Notes: generated from the letters alone by a model not told the origin. Shown: positions 48,151-61,158, counted from the whole stretch's first letter. The stretch is 61,158 nt of DNA, filler included, from Sphacelaria rigidula (GCA_964200075.2; 6 parts of 6 records of this genome joined end to end with filler, not necessarily neighbours in it); one strand, 5' to 3'. Program-made: numbers and translations.

Positions 48151-49145
48151 TGGCTTTTTCGATCGAAAATATGTGCGGAGGAAAGATACTGTACGAAGGT
48201 GCGCTTGTTCCCATCTTGCTGACCATCACGCCCGATATACCACCCGTTTACAGAACCATGCAAACCCCGCACAACTCATTCTTCGCTACCACCGCAACTC
48301 TGCAGCATAGAGCACGAGTTGGCACAGGGATAGATATACTGCAGTAGCTATGTATGTTTTTGTTGTTTAAACGTGAGCATCTCTTTCGTGGTAGAGACCG
48401 CCGACGGAACTGCGTGGCAGGATGGACGACCGACTTGCGTACACTCACGGACGATGCAGGCAGCAGCTGCACGTTGCTCAAGTCCTTTTCACGTCGCACT
48501 GTAAGCAGAGAGTACAGATAGTCCTGCCCTGTGTGCATTGCATGTTGCCCCCTTCTCACCCTACTGTACGAAACAGGCACACGCGCACTCAGGCACACTG
48601 ACTGCATACAGCGCAGACAGTACAGTATTGTACTGTGGACAAGCAAACAAGTGCCACTCCTTTAATTTCCCTTTCTTTTTTGCAATTGAAAGCTTGCAAA
48701 TTCGTTTGGTACCAACTCGCGAGAAATAAACGAAGTCGCTCAAATGAATTTCACCGCACTTTTTTAAGGATCGGAGAGTGATATGCGCGACCTTACCCGA
48801 TATTTGGGTAGAGTAATGAAATTCTACCCCGAATACCCAAATATCGGGTGGATAATTTCAGCTCGCACTCAGCATGCCCGAAATTTGGATCAAGTATTGA
48901 AGGCATACCCAAGTGATACTCTATACCAAGGTATTGCTGAGAGTGCCTTCTCAATATTTGGGTAGAGTATTGAGGTCGCACCCAATCTACCCAGTATTTG
49001 GGTTAAAAATTTGAGGCCGCACCTAATTTACCCAAACGTTGGGTAAAGTACATACCCGTGTATTTTACCCGAGTATTCAAAAGTTCATACCCTACCCGAC
49101 CTTTTTCCGTCACTCGATGTATCCCTGTGTAGGCAAGATGATTTA

Positions 49146-49521
49146 CAGGGATGTGCATTACTGGTTACCGGTAATTACCGTTAATGGGGTGGGGGGGTAG
49201 GTAACATGGTATTTCCCGGGTAATGTTCCGGGTTTTCAGTGACAGTGCCCCCGCATACCCCCTCGTCACCACCAGGAGGGGGTGCACCATACATCGCGAC
49301 ACATGCAGCTGTAGAGAGGGCAGCACCCGTCAACCACATTTTTACATTTTTACGCAGAGAAACGCGTAGAACACAGCAACACAGCGAGACACGGAATCCC
49401 CGGGGATGGGGCACTTTCGTTCTCTCGCGGTAGCGGTAATTACCGGTAGGTAACACCAAAACTTGATTTGAGGTAATTACTGGTAGGTAACGTGGAACAT
49501 CCGGGGCAATGCACATCCCTA
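49146..49521. mobile_element. hAT-like MITE
   Basis: TIRs CAGGGATGTGCATT / AATGCACATCCCTA, internal GGTAATTACC motifs, and only partly matching 8-bp flanks (ATGATTTA / ATAAATTC). Confidence 0.72.
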
Positions 49522-50949
49522 ATAAATTCGTGATCTTCCCTATACCTGCGAGCAGCTATCGTTTCCTGCGTCATACGAAAATCGATTTTGCCTCCTCAGA
49601 CGACAAGAAGAACGCCGGACCTGTTGCAGATACTCAATTAAATACGATCATGTAGCGGTCATCTTCATACCCAGGGATCACTCCTTGATCGGTCGATTCT
49701 TAAAAACGGATGTCAGCCCCCAGTGCGAATCTCACGCCACTTGATGCATCTCTATGTAGGCAAGATTATTTGGTGGGCTACCTTACGTCGATTGGGCAGA
49801 TGTCATCTCCTGCTGCACGCCACCATCAATTTTTCTTGCTCGGACATAATCAACCATGGACGCTAAGTTTAATACAAACCTGTGAGAGTTGGGTTCTTCC
49901 ACGTCGCCATCCGCATTTCAAGCTTCAAGTCCACCTGTCGTCGATACTAACTTGAATACAATGTCATCAAGGATCGCCTTGCTAGCACCTACGGCTCTTG
50001 CATCCCGTCAGGGCGCTCAGGAACGCCAGATACTCGCTACACGCCAGGCAGCCTTTCGAGTCGCTCGAGCAGTGCCGAGCCTTTGTTGGCCGGGACACGC
50101 TCCTTCTTCGTTGCGATGTGTACTCGGTCGGTGTGTGGTGTTGCAAAGTGCAGCATTTTGACTTTTGCTTCTGGCGAGACTCCTTCAGCATGTTGACCGG
50201 GACGCATTTTCTTGAGTGGTTGCTCAGTGCGGCATGGCGCCCTTGTCTACAGCTGGCGAGACTTTCTTCACTTTTTCGTGTGCGACATAGCTTTCAGTGA
50301 TAGTCGTTTCCTCTGTGTCATTGCTGGGATATTCCCCTGTACCGGTATAGAAGAATAACAAGCACATTTGCGCGATCCATCAATACTCGGACGAATATGT
50401 TCGATTGTTCCGCGCCATCTTCGCCTGCCCGAATGTGTGGCTTTGGGATTGTGGTTCAAGACTCACCCCCTCAGGCTAACTCTTGAAGGGACAAAAGCTA
50501 AATCAACATACGATGACTTTTGATTGCCATTTGGTGCCTCGGTGATTTTGAGAGGCGAGAAGATGTATATATATATATATATATATAACGGCACATATTC
50601 AGAAATGAAGAGTCCAGCACCTAGACAACAGCACCCGAAGATACAACAGCTGCACGGCCACCACATGACTATTTTCAACTATACAGATGAACAACACTGT
50701 TCCCACCCTAATCCTGCTCAGACCAGAACACCGCAGCCGCACAGTAGCCTAGGCGATGTCCACCGCAGATGAAACTGTCCACGCAAGGTTCAGACGCACC
50801 GTGGATATTTTCTACGATAGCCCCCCCCCCCAAAAGTGCATGGTTTGGGAGGCAAAATCTTCACATAAATCGGAATGGGAAAAGCCGAGCACAACGAGAA
50901 GCTGGGAGTTCCCACGCTTGGGGTCGTTCTAGCCAATGTCGCCAATATG

Positions 50950-51049
50950 NNNNNNNNNNNNNNNNNNNNNNNNNNNNNNNNNNNNNNNNNNNNTTAATTA
51001 ATTAANNNNNNNNNNNNNNNNNNNNNNNNNNNNNNNNNNNNNNNNNNNN
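50950..51049. other. artificial contig spacer
   Basis: 44 N + TTAATTAATTAA + 44 N. Confidence 0.98.
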
Positions 51050-51468
51050 CTGAATGCCGGACAACTCAGGATTCGGAGTATAAAAATATCGTTCTGGATA
51101 AGCAATTCGCCGATACGGTTCTGAAAGTATGCACTCCGTACTCCATCCGTGCGTTCTCCGTAGCATATCTCAGATCAAACCGCTGAAAAGCCACGGATTT
51201 CCACGGACGAAATTGTCCTGAATGCCGGATACCTTAGAATTCGAAGAATAAAACTTATCGTTCTGTATAAGCCATTCGCCTGTATGGTTCTGGAATTGTA
51301 CTCCGTGCTTCATCCGTGCGTTCTCCGTAGCATCAATCAGACCAACCCGCTGAAAAACCACAAAATCCCACGGATAAAGTGTTGCGAATGCCGGGTAAGT
51401 TGGAATTCGAAGTTCAAAAATATTGTTCTGGAAAAGCACTTTCCTGATACGGTTCTGAAATTCTGCTG
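51050..51468. repeat. diverged tandem repeat, ~167-bp unit, about 2.5 copies, cut by contig start
   Basis: Units begin (CT/GC)GAATGCCGG at 51050, 51218 and ~51384. Shared blocks are CATCCGTGCGTTCTCCGTAGCAT and ATACGGTTCTGAAA. Confidence 0.85.
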
Positions 51469-52231
51469 TGAACATGCAAACCGCGCTTCGCACGGACACA
51501 CGCGCGCGCGCGCACCCACCCACCCCTACACACACACTCACACACACTCTCTCTCTCACACACACACACACGAGCGTGCGCCTCGAGCTGGAAGGCGTAA
51601 TTCGAACTTGGCGTCAAGATCTCCCTTTTCAGTTGGAAACTAATGTGCTGCTATTGACGTCATTCTTGAGGAATGTATTCCATGCTCTTTGTTGTGGTGG
51701 ATAGCCGTAGTCCTGGGTCTAGTGCTGCTGCTGTTGCGCGTCTGCCACCCCACCCCCCGTCACCCTGTCCCGTACAGTGACATTCACAATTCAAATATGT
51801 ACTGTTCATTACTCTCGATTATTTTTTATTTTTTTTCAAGGGATTCGACCTTACATGTGCGCTTTTCAATCCGCCGTCCCCCCTGTCCAGCAGCTGGAAG
51901 TCAAAGCAAAACAAGTAGTCTTTCGTACTTTTTGGTATTAATCCGCGGATATCCATACATTTTTCGCGGATAACCGTATCGGTTTCACGGATTACTGCGA
52001 CGGTGCACCGCGGGGAATTGCCGCGGTTTGTGCGGATTGTTCCACGGAGGGAGGCAATCCGCTTCGTGAAAAAAATCCATGCCACGGATATCCGCTCCGC
52101 AATAATCCGTGACATTTTCGTTGGCGGATATCCGCCCCGTGAAAATCCGTGAGTTTTCCCACTGACAAGAAAGCTCTTCATGTGGTTCATCATTTCGATA
52201 CTTTCTACGATAGCGCCCACCCCCCCCCCCA

Positions 52232-52490
52232 AAAAACCGAGGGCTATACTAGGAGATAAATGGTGGCCAGAGACGGCGAAACAGGACGGGGATAAGATAT
52301 TATGCAAGAGGTTCTTGTGTAATGTATGGAAGACATGAGCTACGGAAGGAAAGTAATGAGCGCCAGAATGTTGGAGGTGTCTATTAGGAGTAGGAACGAT
52401 GCTCCGTCTCGAAAGGGGTGCGTGGTCAATGGTCAAACGACTAAGGCAAGCAACAAATGAGCACGCTCCCCCAGAGCACGCCCCCCCAGC
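52232..52490 (+). mobile_element. 5'-truncated LINE 3' end, family A
   Basis: Homologous to 33875-34097 (AILGDKWWPETAKQDGDK...GVSIRSRNDAPSRKGCVVNGQTTKASNK*). The tail is GAGCACGCTCCCCCA-GAGCACGCCCCCCCA. Confidence 0.78.
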
Positions 52491-53720
52491 ACCGTGTGTG
52501 GAAGGGGGGGGGGGGTGCTTGTTTGATGAATACGATTAATTTTCACACATAAACTGACTCCTGAGAGGGATCAAGGTGTAGTCATTATCCACAACATGGA
52601 CGAATGTACCCAAGGTAAACAAGACCGAAACAATCACTGAAGGAGTGTGAAGAAGAGACATGAAGGTAAAAACAGACGAAAACAGAGTAGTAAACTGAGA
52701 GGGAACAAAAATACTTGAAGTAACAGGCTGGCTTCAGGTAAGGGGGAATACAAATATTTTGTGCAAAAATGCACATATACTCATACCCAAACGAGAGAAG
52801 GAAAACATGTGGGAGCAGATGTATCTGTGAGGTTATGTCTCATGTGTGTGCTTGTGAGTGTGCCACGAAAGCCCCCACCCCCGAACCAACCCCACAACTG
52901 TCGCGGGAAAAGTGTTCATACAGCGCATGATGGCTGGTTGCAGACTGCATGAAGCGCCTCATACGGACGACGTTGACGAAAACGAACTCAAGCGTGGGAG
53001 TTCCCAGCTGCTCGTTGTGCCCGGGTTTGATCATTTTGATCTACATGCAGATCTTGCCTCTTCAAACCAGCCATTGTAATCATTTTGATCTACATGTAGA
53101 TTTTGTCTCCTCAAATCAGCCATTTTTCTGAGTGGCGCAATCGCGGCACCAGTCTTGTGTATCCTGTGTGTTGTGTCTGTTTTGTTTTGTTTTTCCTTGA
53201 AGGAAGTAGGAAACCTCACCGAACACTTAACGCGCGAGGGAGGTCGTGTGCTGATTAACCGGAGACTCGGTTAGACCGCCTCGCGGCAGTCATGTGGGGT
53301 AGACGCCTCGAGCGCCCAGAAGCTTTGCTTTGTGTTGGTTCGTCTGCTTCTTCCTTCATGTTTGCTTACACCGTTTGTCACCACTGCCCCGAAAAAACTA
53401 CGGTAAGGTCAGGTCTATTCATAGTTACATGCCGATACCGTATGATAACTGGAAAATGACACACAGTAACGGTCGTGTAATTTCGCGCCTTTTCTGTGCA
53501 TGAGAAAAACTCACCGTCGAAAGCCGTTCGACTGTGAAACGTCCAAGGTTTTTTCTTTGCACTTCAGGGTCATGCTACGGTAGGAGAGGGGGGGAGGGGG
53601 GGGGGGGGGGGGGGGTTCTTTTTTTGTGTTTTCTCTTGTTGTGGAAACAAAAAATAATCACCCCCTTTCGAGCGCAAGAANNNNNNNNNNGTGTGCGGGC
53701 GTGGGGCGGTGGGGTGGTGT

Positions 53721-53779
<59 letters not shown>

Positions 53780-53815
53780 CGTACTCATTTGGTGCTTGCC
53801 TTAGTCGTGTGATCA
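53721..53815 (-). mobile_element. extreme 3' end of LINE family A with long poly(C) tract
   Basis: The minus strand reads GACTAAGGCAAGCACCAAATGAGTACG followed by a ~59-nt C run (G run on +). Confidence 0.65.
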
Positions 53816-54336
53816 ACAATTACGTACCCGCTTTCGAGCGCATGAAATGGATCATGACTTTCAACGCGAAGTACTCATACCTTCCGCGAGTCGAAGGAAA
53901 TAATAAGAGTAAAAAAAATATTTCAATGAAAACGAATACAGGGGAATATGAAATGATCATGCTCTCTCCCCAAGTCATGTACTGTATACGAAAATGAAGC
54001 CAACCAATAATGTTCGCTTTCTCAAGCACATATGAAAATGGATGATGACTTTCAACACGAACTACTTGTACCTTGGGCGAGTCGACGAAAGGAAGGAAAT
54101 GTAAAATGGAAACATGTTTTTCAATGAGTGAGAAAAAACACAAGAAAACATGAACACATAGAATGGTCATGTTCTATCCCTCTTACTTTTTCAGGACCTG
54201 TGCTTCGTCTCGAAAGAGAGGCGTGGTCAATTGTCGTATGACTAACGCAAGCAAGAAATGAGTACTCCCCCTGTTACTTTTTCTTCTTCGGAATTTTTTT
54301 TTTGGTCATCATCGTCGATTTTTTGGTTGTCAACAG

Positions 54337-54468
54337 GTGCTTGGAGCCCAGCTGATCGAACTGAAAAGGGTGCGCTCCGTGGCCCAGTACATGCATAAGG
54401 AGCTGCAGATGGTTCCCTGGACTCTTACCGCTAATTTTCTCAAGCACGGTGGATCTGGGCCGGGACAG
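54337..54468 (+). CDS. TAF1: TFIID subunit 1, exon
   Basis: CAACAG|VLGAQLIELKRVRSVAQYMHKELQMVPWTLTANFLKHGGSGPGQ|GTCTTG matches the TAF1 ELQxxPWxxxxNF segment; phase 0-0. Confidence 0.88.
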
Positions 54469-55045
54469 GTCTTGTTTTGTTGACGGTTGTGTCTTGAATT
54501 GGCGTTACAAGTCTAGGCTATACGTTGTTGTTTTTTATCAAAAAAGCTTTTTCTTGCGTTTGGTTGTGAAGTTGGCCTCAAGAAGTTTCCTTCCTTCCTG
54601 TATGCATGCATGCATGCATGCATGATTTCATGTGTGTTTTTGTGTATCTAAACAGGTATCTATACATGTATTTATGTATGTTGCTTTGTTTCGTTTCCAC
54701 CTGTGTTTTGTGATCTCACTTTGTTCTGTTCTTGTTTTACGTTCTTCGCTTTGTTTTTGCCTTCTTCTTTTTTTCTCGCTTTCAAATGTTTTTTTTTTTT
54801 TATATCGCTTAGTAGTTCCAATTGTCGCTCCGTCCTGTTTTACTTCACGTTATTTGTATAATTTTTTCCTTCACGTTTGTTTTATTTTTTATTGTTTATT
54901 GTTTCTTTTTGTTTGGTTCTGTTCTGTTCCACGCATGTCGTTTAGTCCCATTAATTGTTTCTTTATTTCGTTGTATGTTTTCTTTTTTGTTTTCTTTTTT
55001 TTTGTCTCTTTTCATTCCTTTGTTCGATACCATGTGCCACACCAG

Positions 55046-55224
55046 ACGTCTACTCTCTTGATGCTCAGCGGCGTCGGCGACCCTTCGGGATGCGGAGAGG
55101 CGTTTAGCTTCCTGCTCAGACCCGCTGAGCAAAGGAAGGCCGCGACCGCTTCCCTCACAGCCAGCGAGAAGACTGTGGCACAGAGGAGTGTCCAAAAGGT
55201 CACGGGAACGAATGGAGACCTCAG
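55046..55224 (+). CDS. TAF1: TFIID subunit 1, exon
   Basis: CACCAG|TSTLLMLSGVGDPSGCGEAFSFLLRPAEQRK...QKVTGTNGDL-AG|GTATTG contains the TAF1 signatures GVGDPSGCGExFS and VTGTxxDLR. Confidence 0.93.
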
Positions 55225-57023
55225 GTATTGGGCTTGAATTTATTTTGGTACAGTTGTGTTGGCCGTTTTTAAGACTCAGTCCGCACCGGTGTCCACCAAG
55301 ACCATTGGGACAGGTTCGATCAAGCGGAAGTTCGTATGAAAGAGCCAGAATCTGGGGCTCTGTACTCGTAGGACCCCCGACAGGTAGTTAGCCCGTGAGG
55401 GGTATTTTTAACGCGTCTTTTTTTTGTCTCGAAATCTCCGAATCTTCCCTTCGAAGAATGTGAGGGCAGATTTTTCAACCAGGTCAGACGATTGATCAAT
55501 TCGAGAGTGACTGCAAATTTTTTGGAAGAGCCAAGAGAAGAACAAAAACGTTTTTTGGAGAGAGTCGACAAAAATCTGAAAAAAAAAATGCCTCCTTATC
55601 AGAGTCTCATGGTTTTTCGCAATTGATCGTAGAGATGGTTTTTCTTATGTAAGTTTTGTCGGGTACTAGCATATCTCGATCCCAAGTCGTTCTGGGATCG
55701 AAGGACCAAAGTGATGAGTCTTGGTTGCCCAAAAATCACTGAGATTTTTTCTCTTCGTGCAGGAGGTGGCATATCTGGCATATCAGCCGTTCACTGCACC
55801 CTCTTCCATGTGTTTTGCCGCGGTTGCCAATCAAAACCGCGAGTTTTATTTTTTGTTGGCCACAGAGCTACTAAGGTTATGCTACACAGATGCTTCGTTT
55901 CCTTTTGTTTGCTTCTGAACATTTGATCTCCGTCGTTGAAAGCGTGGAGGGGTGAGTGCTTGTCATGATCCAATCCGCGATAGATACCATAATGCAAGAC
56001 GTACACCAGGGCGGGGGATGGGGTAAGAATCCCCGGTGACCACTGTCCAGTCTCGAGGAAGGGGGGGAGTGAGAATTGTGAACAAAAAAATGGCCACAAA
56101 AATACACTAATATTAATCTCCGTCAATATTTTTTCAATGGACCTGTACCTAGTTCTCGTCAGCAGACCTGATAAAATTGCACTACCGTAGAGCAACAAGA
56201 AAAAAAGAGAGTGAGAAACGGATCATAGCATCCGATGAATCAAACAGCGTTCTTGAAGTTATTTATTTTGTCTTTCGTCTTCTTCATAGTACCAAAAAAT
56301 TTCAGTATCAAATTCAGTATCAAAGTGGTAAGTACTGCAGCTTATAGTACCTCGAGTTCAAAGTAGGATATTTGGTGGTTTCCTTGAAAATGGCGAATTT
56401 CTTAGGTTCTTTCCCTTGCTACCGCTCATCACATCGGGGATCCGAAGATAGTATCCGCTCCACATTCCAAGAAAAAAACACATCTGTATTTCATATTGAG
56501 TGACTTACGGGCTGAATGGTCATCGGGGGTCCTGCCACTTTTCAGCCCAGATTCTGACTCTTCGGTATTTTCGGTCGACCGAGCCTGTCCAGATTGTATT
56601 TGTGAAGAAATGAAGAGGCCTGTTTTTTTTATTCTACCTACCCATCGCACAAAAGCCGAAAGCTGTGTTTCACTGTCAATAACACCCTCCTGATAAACGG
56701 GGTATCTACTCGTATCGCCCGATAACACCAACCAACACTAACTTGCGCACTGTGTTTTGAAGGCGATCTGTTCATTGGACCAAAATCTACCGACGCTAGC
56801 ACTTTCGAGTTCTATCCAAGAGTAGTACGCGAGTGAAACCCCAAAACAGCCCGTGCTACTTTGAACTTGAGGTACCATCATGATATTTTTTCAGGATTTA
56901 TACAATTTAATGTAACGCAAGACAATGCAATGTGGGATTGATTTGATCAATGAATGAGCGGAATGTTCACCGTTATTTTTTTTTAACGACCAGAAAATTT
57001 CGCACAAAATTAAAATAAAACAG

Positions 57024-57144
57024 GCGATTGACTATGATCCAGCTAGCGTCGACCTGCGAAGCTATGGGTATTCCAAGGGACACCGTGAAGACCCTCAAGC
57101 GCTGGGACCGCGTGCACATGATCAAGGAACTAGCTGGGGTTGCG
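57024..57144 (+). CDS. TAF1: TFIID subunit 1, exon
   Basis: AAACAG|G-RLTMIQLASTCEAMGIPRDTVKTLKRWDRVHMIKELAGVA|GTAAGC completes DLRRL...GIP....LKRWDRV of TAF1; phase 2-0. Confidence 0.92.
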
Positions 57145-57489
57145 GTAAGCATTCTTGTTATGTGAATGCATTTGCAGCCTATTAAGGCATGTTTGCGTAC
57201 AGAGCGGTGCGCGAGTGGGAGTATTCTCTCTTTTCGTGATCCTAGTTTTGTTGTGAAGACGTGATTTCGTCGACATGGTTGTGGGAATTTTTCCGTATCA
57301 CCTCCCTCAAGGGGAATGATCGTATTCCGCAGTGTTCGAGTGGTGGGACATCCATGAGGTAGTGTAACCTCTTTTTTTTGCCGTAGCGATGACGTGACGT
57401 GATGGTGGTCGAGCTAGGTCATTTTGTGCGGAGTGAAGAACCCGAACTCCGAGTCAAGGGAATGATAGTACCACGTAGTGTTGAAATGG

Positions 57490-57809
57490 GCAGACACTCA
57501 TGAGGCAGTGTATAGCTCCTGGCTGTCTCTGGTAGTGGCGATACCCAAAATGAAGCAACTTATTGGAGGCTATCATTCATATGCAAGATAGTTGGTACGC
57601 TTCGGGCCGAACAATCTCAGCAGAATGCAGCTCACCCTTCATGCGACTCGCCGAACACATGGCGGTGCTTCGCGCGCTTGGTGGTTGATTGCGAGCCTGG
57701 TCCAGCAAAAACACGGCGTGCTCCGCCCCGGCTTTGTAGGGATGCGAGGTCAACGATCATTTGACTACGGCATGCGGTATCATGAGTACACGCCCCCCCC
57801 CCCCCCCCC
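57490..57809 (+). mobile_element. 5'-truncated LINE-like 3' end, family B, in TAF1 intron
   Basis: Ends GGCATGCGGTATCATGAGTACACG followed by a C run (57793-57809). Homologous pieces lie at 29520-29835, 30475-30530, 34440-34650 and 40668-40740. Confidence 0.75.
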
Positions 57810-59484
57810 ATCCCTTAAGTAGGCCAGTTCGTGTGGTCTTGGACAAGGTGATGTTTGCTTCTAAAGATAACTTGTTCGTCGGCTAGCGGTGACGATACTG
57901 TTGCAATTCTTTACTCTCATGTCTTGCATATGTGGTTTGTAGTGTTGTGGATATCGGTAGCAGGAAGCAATATAGTATATGTAATATATATATATATAAA
58001 TATCGGCGAGCGCAGCGGGCAGGCTGCCGGAGGCAAGAAAGTTGGTGCGTTTGAAATTCACCTATCGTCGAAATTGGCCCAATCTGTAGATGAAGTAGCA
58101 CCGCCTCCCCCAAACTCTCGGTCGAGCTATCGGCCCTGTTTTCCCATTTTTGGTACCATATATATGTCGACCGATTGTATCAAATGAATGTACCGGTGCC
58201 TATCGATACTTCAAACCACAATGACGGGAAGATGAAGCGAAAAAAAACCGGTAACTTGACCGTATAATGAGCGCATGCACCGTAGTAAATAACGAAAGTG
58301 GTACATGGGGCGTTTTTTTTTCCTTTCTACACACCGGGGACAAAACACACTCCCCTCGTACCTTCTTCCTAAAGCGTATATGCTAAATCCCATCTGAAAA
58401 AAACAATGTTTTCAATGGTTTGAGAAGGTGATCGAATCACAATTTTGCGTAGTACGCCAGCTTTTTTGTTGAATCAAGTTTGACACGTGGTACTCAATTC
58501 AATTTTACATTTCATCGATTTATCTGACCGTTCTGGTTTTTGCTCTAATATTTGTTCTCCTCTGTACATCCATATTGGTTTACATATTGAGTTCTTCGTT
58601 CTGTAGTGGTGACGAAAGGGAGCAGCATATAACCTAAGTCCACCGGTGGCGGTTGCTGACAGTGGAAGATGACACTTACGGTGACTAGCCCTACAGTTCG
58701 ACCGTAGGTCATTATCTAGAGCGCATCGCCCGGGGTGATAATTTAGGTAGCCCAACCTCGATTTCGTCATGATTTCCAGGGGCCTCACCACTCATCCTTG
58801 TGGTGCTCCGCTGAAATTTCTCGTGGATATCTTTCGGTGTAAGTAGATACTTAGAGCGAGAGAGATTCCCGACAGTTATAGGCGGCTTTTTGGTGCAAAA
58901 CCTTTGGATGCAAGGCAAGGTCACAATTTCGGAACAATATCGTCGGCTGCGAACGCTTGATCGCCGGTGAGGGAAAACCCCGATCAAAGCTTCTGTCTTG
59001 CTTCCGAGGACCGACCCTCATGACGATAGTACACTGTGTATGTATCTCGTATTCCATGTTCTCCGTCCCCCTCAATCGCGTAGTTATATTGTTACAGAAA
59101 ATCATTTTTTTTTTTTCCAACGTGTTTCGAGCGGCCGGTCAAGGAGTGGATCTGTGGGGTTCATCGCCAAAGGGCTTTACGGTAAATCTTGCATTTACGC
59201 CCCGGGGGTGTTGATAGCGCCCAGTTACTTGCCATCTCTTTCTGTGCTATGCTTTTGTTGGTTGTTTTCTTCCTTTTTCTTTTTTTTCACGTCTTGGTCT
59301 ACTATGTCGTCATGTTCGACTTTTTTCTGCTCCTTCGTTTTGTTGAAGAAGTGTTGCAGTTTTGCTTTTCTTGGGTACGTATATCATGCGACCACGGCTG
59401 GACCCATGAGTGGTCAGTTAAAGTACGACAGTCTATCAATCAAATACCTGTAGCAAAAGCGATGCACTGCGAACTTTGAGTAAA

Positions 59485-59587
<103 letters not shown>

Positions 59588-60235
59588 GAGCTCTACAGCA
59601 TGAAACAACCCGCGTTGAGATGATCCAATCATGACCCAGCAACGTGTGCGAACGCTCCCGTTTGAGAAACGACGCCACTTCGCTCATCCCTATGCCTCTA
59701 CGTATCTGCTTTTTTGCCTGTCTCTCTTTCAATCTAATGAGTAAGTTGATTAAATAGTTATTTAATTTCTTTATAATTATGGTTTCGTAAGAGACTATTT
59801 AATATCCATGAATGAATAATCATATATCAGAGAGGATTATAATGAAATAATCAGAGAATATATTTTAATTATTGAAAGGTTGATCGAGGATGGATTGTTG
59901 GATTGTATTTTGTGGACAAAGGTTGTATTTTTTGCCTGTCTCTCTCTCAATCTTGTCCTGTTTGCTCTGCCTCTCTGTTTCTCTCTTTTAATCTTGATGC
60001 ATATCATGTATCCCTTGCTGACCTTCAATTGTCTCTCGCTATTTCTCATTTGTCTGTCTGTTTGTCTGTCTGCCTATCTGTTCACATGTCTGTCTGTCGG
60101 TCTGTCTGTCTGTCCGCCTATTTGTCTGTTTGTCTGACTGACTTGACTCTTTTCCTGTCCCCCCGTGTCTATCTGTGTCGATGTCGGGGTCGGGGTGAAT
60201 GTCGGGGTCGTCCCTTTCTTTCTTTTGGCGCACAG

Positions 60236-60327
60236 GTTGCGGAGAACGTGAAAGATCAGAATATCTACGCGCGGTTCGTCCGTAAGAAGCGGCCCAACGC
60301 GACTGTGGACAAGGACCTGTACAAGGC
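60236..60327 (+). CDS. TAF1: TFIID subunit 1, exon
   Basis: GCACAG|VAENVKDQNIYARFVRKKRPNATVDKDLYK-GC|GTGAGT. The phase-0 acceptor matches the previous donor, and the peptide corresponds to the TAF1 KFARxxR...YK segment. Confidence 0.82.
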
Positions 60328-61158
60328 GTGAGTACTCATACATGGTAAAACCATACCACTCGTATAGCTGAAATACGACCGCCCCGCCCCAGTAGTCCAA
60401 ATTGTCATGATCCATCGTGCATTTGATTCCCGCCAGATGCGTTTGGGTTTGGGTGTTTTTTCGAAGTATCTGATGTTGGTCGTTGAAGGCGTGAGGACGT
60501 AAGTGAGAAGAAAATAAATAGTATATTGGACATTTTAACTTGATCACGTTTTTATTTTTATTTTTTGTCGCACTTTGAACCCCTCCCCTCCCTCGGGATG
60601 AGTCCGTGGTGTCAAGGGATCGACCCATTTCTCCCCCGGACTGCTTTTGTTTAACGACAGTCGACGCGGTGCGGGAGTATTGGTCATGATCCAATCCGCG
60701 AGAATATAATCCGCGGCGTCGACAGGGGGGAGAGATGGGTTGATCCCTTGAGCCCACGGATTCATTCCGACGGAGGAGACGAGTTGGAAGTGTGGCAGGA
60801 AAAGAAAAAGAAGAGCAACGCACCCTGCCATTATTAATTGATACGTTGCTAACATGAAAGCTGTAGTATTCACGTATATTGCTAGTACTGTACACAAATC
60901 TGTCAACCACAAGCTGTCAGCAGGAAGAACTTACACGCGTGAACATCCAAGGCGTACGTAAACACGCGGCCGGTCATTGAATGATGACGATACTCGGAAG
61001 TTGGCCGTTAGTTTGCAATACTGTGTGTACTGCCCGAGCCAGACCTTGACCCTTTGGGAACCCTCCCCGCCCGTCCCCGGGCCAGACGCCTCATTATGAA
61101 AAGCCCTGACAAAGAAGAAAAGATGGAAACAGAAAAGACCGACGGCAACCATTTTCAC

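Noticed and set aside
53534-53997. Poly-Gly/poly-Pro ORFs (likewise the CVCV ORFs at 59414-59732 and poly-Lys at 20369-20569)
   Set aside because: Artefacts of homopolymer or microsatellite runs and N gaps.
54632-55045. Hydrophobic N-terminal part of the 201-aa ORF
   Set aside because: This is translation of a T-rich intron. Only 55046-55224 is TAF1 exon.

Overview
Eukaryotic, intron-rich, repeat-rich DNA. It is most consistent with a brown alga (Phaeophyceae) or a related stramenopile; this is inferred from short exons in kb-long GT-AG introns, an A-rich acceptor and the repeat landscape. The window is not a natural locus. Six contigs of almost identical length (1-10110, 10211-20320, 20421-30530, 30631-40740, 40841-50949, 51050-61158) are joined by artificial 100-nt spacers (44 N + TTAATTAATTAA + 44 N). 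Recognisable gene fragments are two exons of menB (naphthoate synthase, minus strand, contig 1), four or five coiled-coil exons of a probable SMC5/6-family (SMC6-like) protein (contig 2) and four exons of TAF1 (contig 6). Contigs 3 and 4 carry phase-compatible exon chains of unrecognised, partly decayed genes. The rest is dominated by non-autonomous DNA transposons (hAT-like, Harbinger-like foldbacks, Tc1/mariner-like), 5'-truncated LINE ends and microsatellites. The most unusual signals are two LINE-like families that share a 3'-terminal motif followed by C-runs instead of poly(A), a head-to-tail chain of Harbinger-like MITEs separated by single 3-bp target sites, and a hAT-like MITE whose interior mimics a CRISPR array. 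No prokaryotic-type system, true CRISPR, rRNA, intact tRNA or intact transposase/RT ORF was seen.
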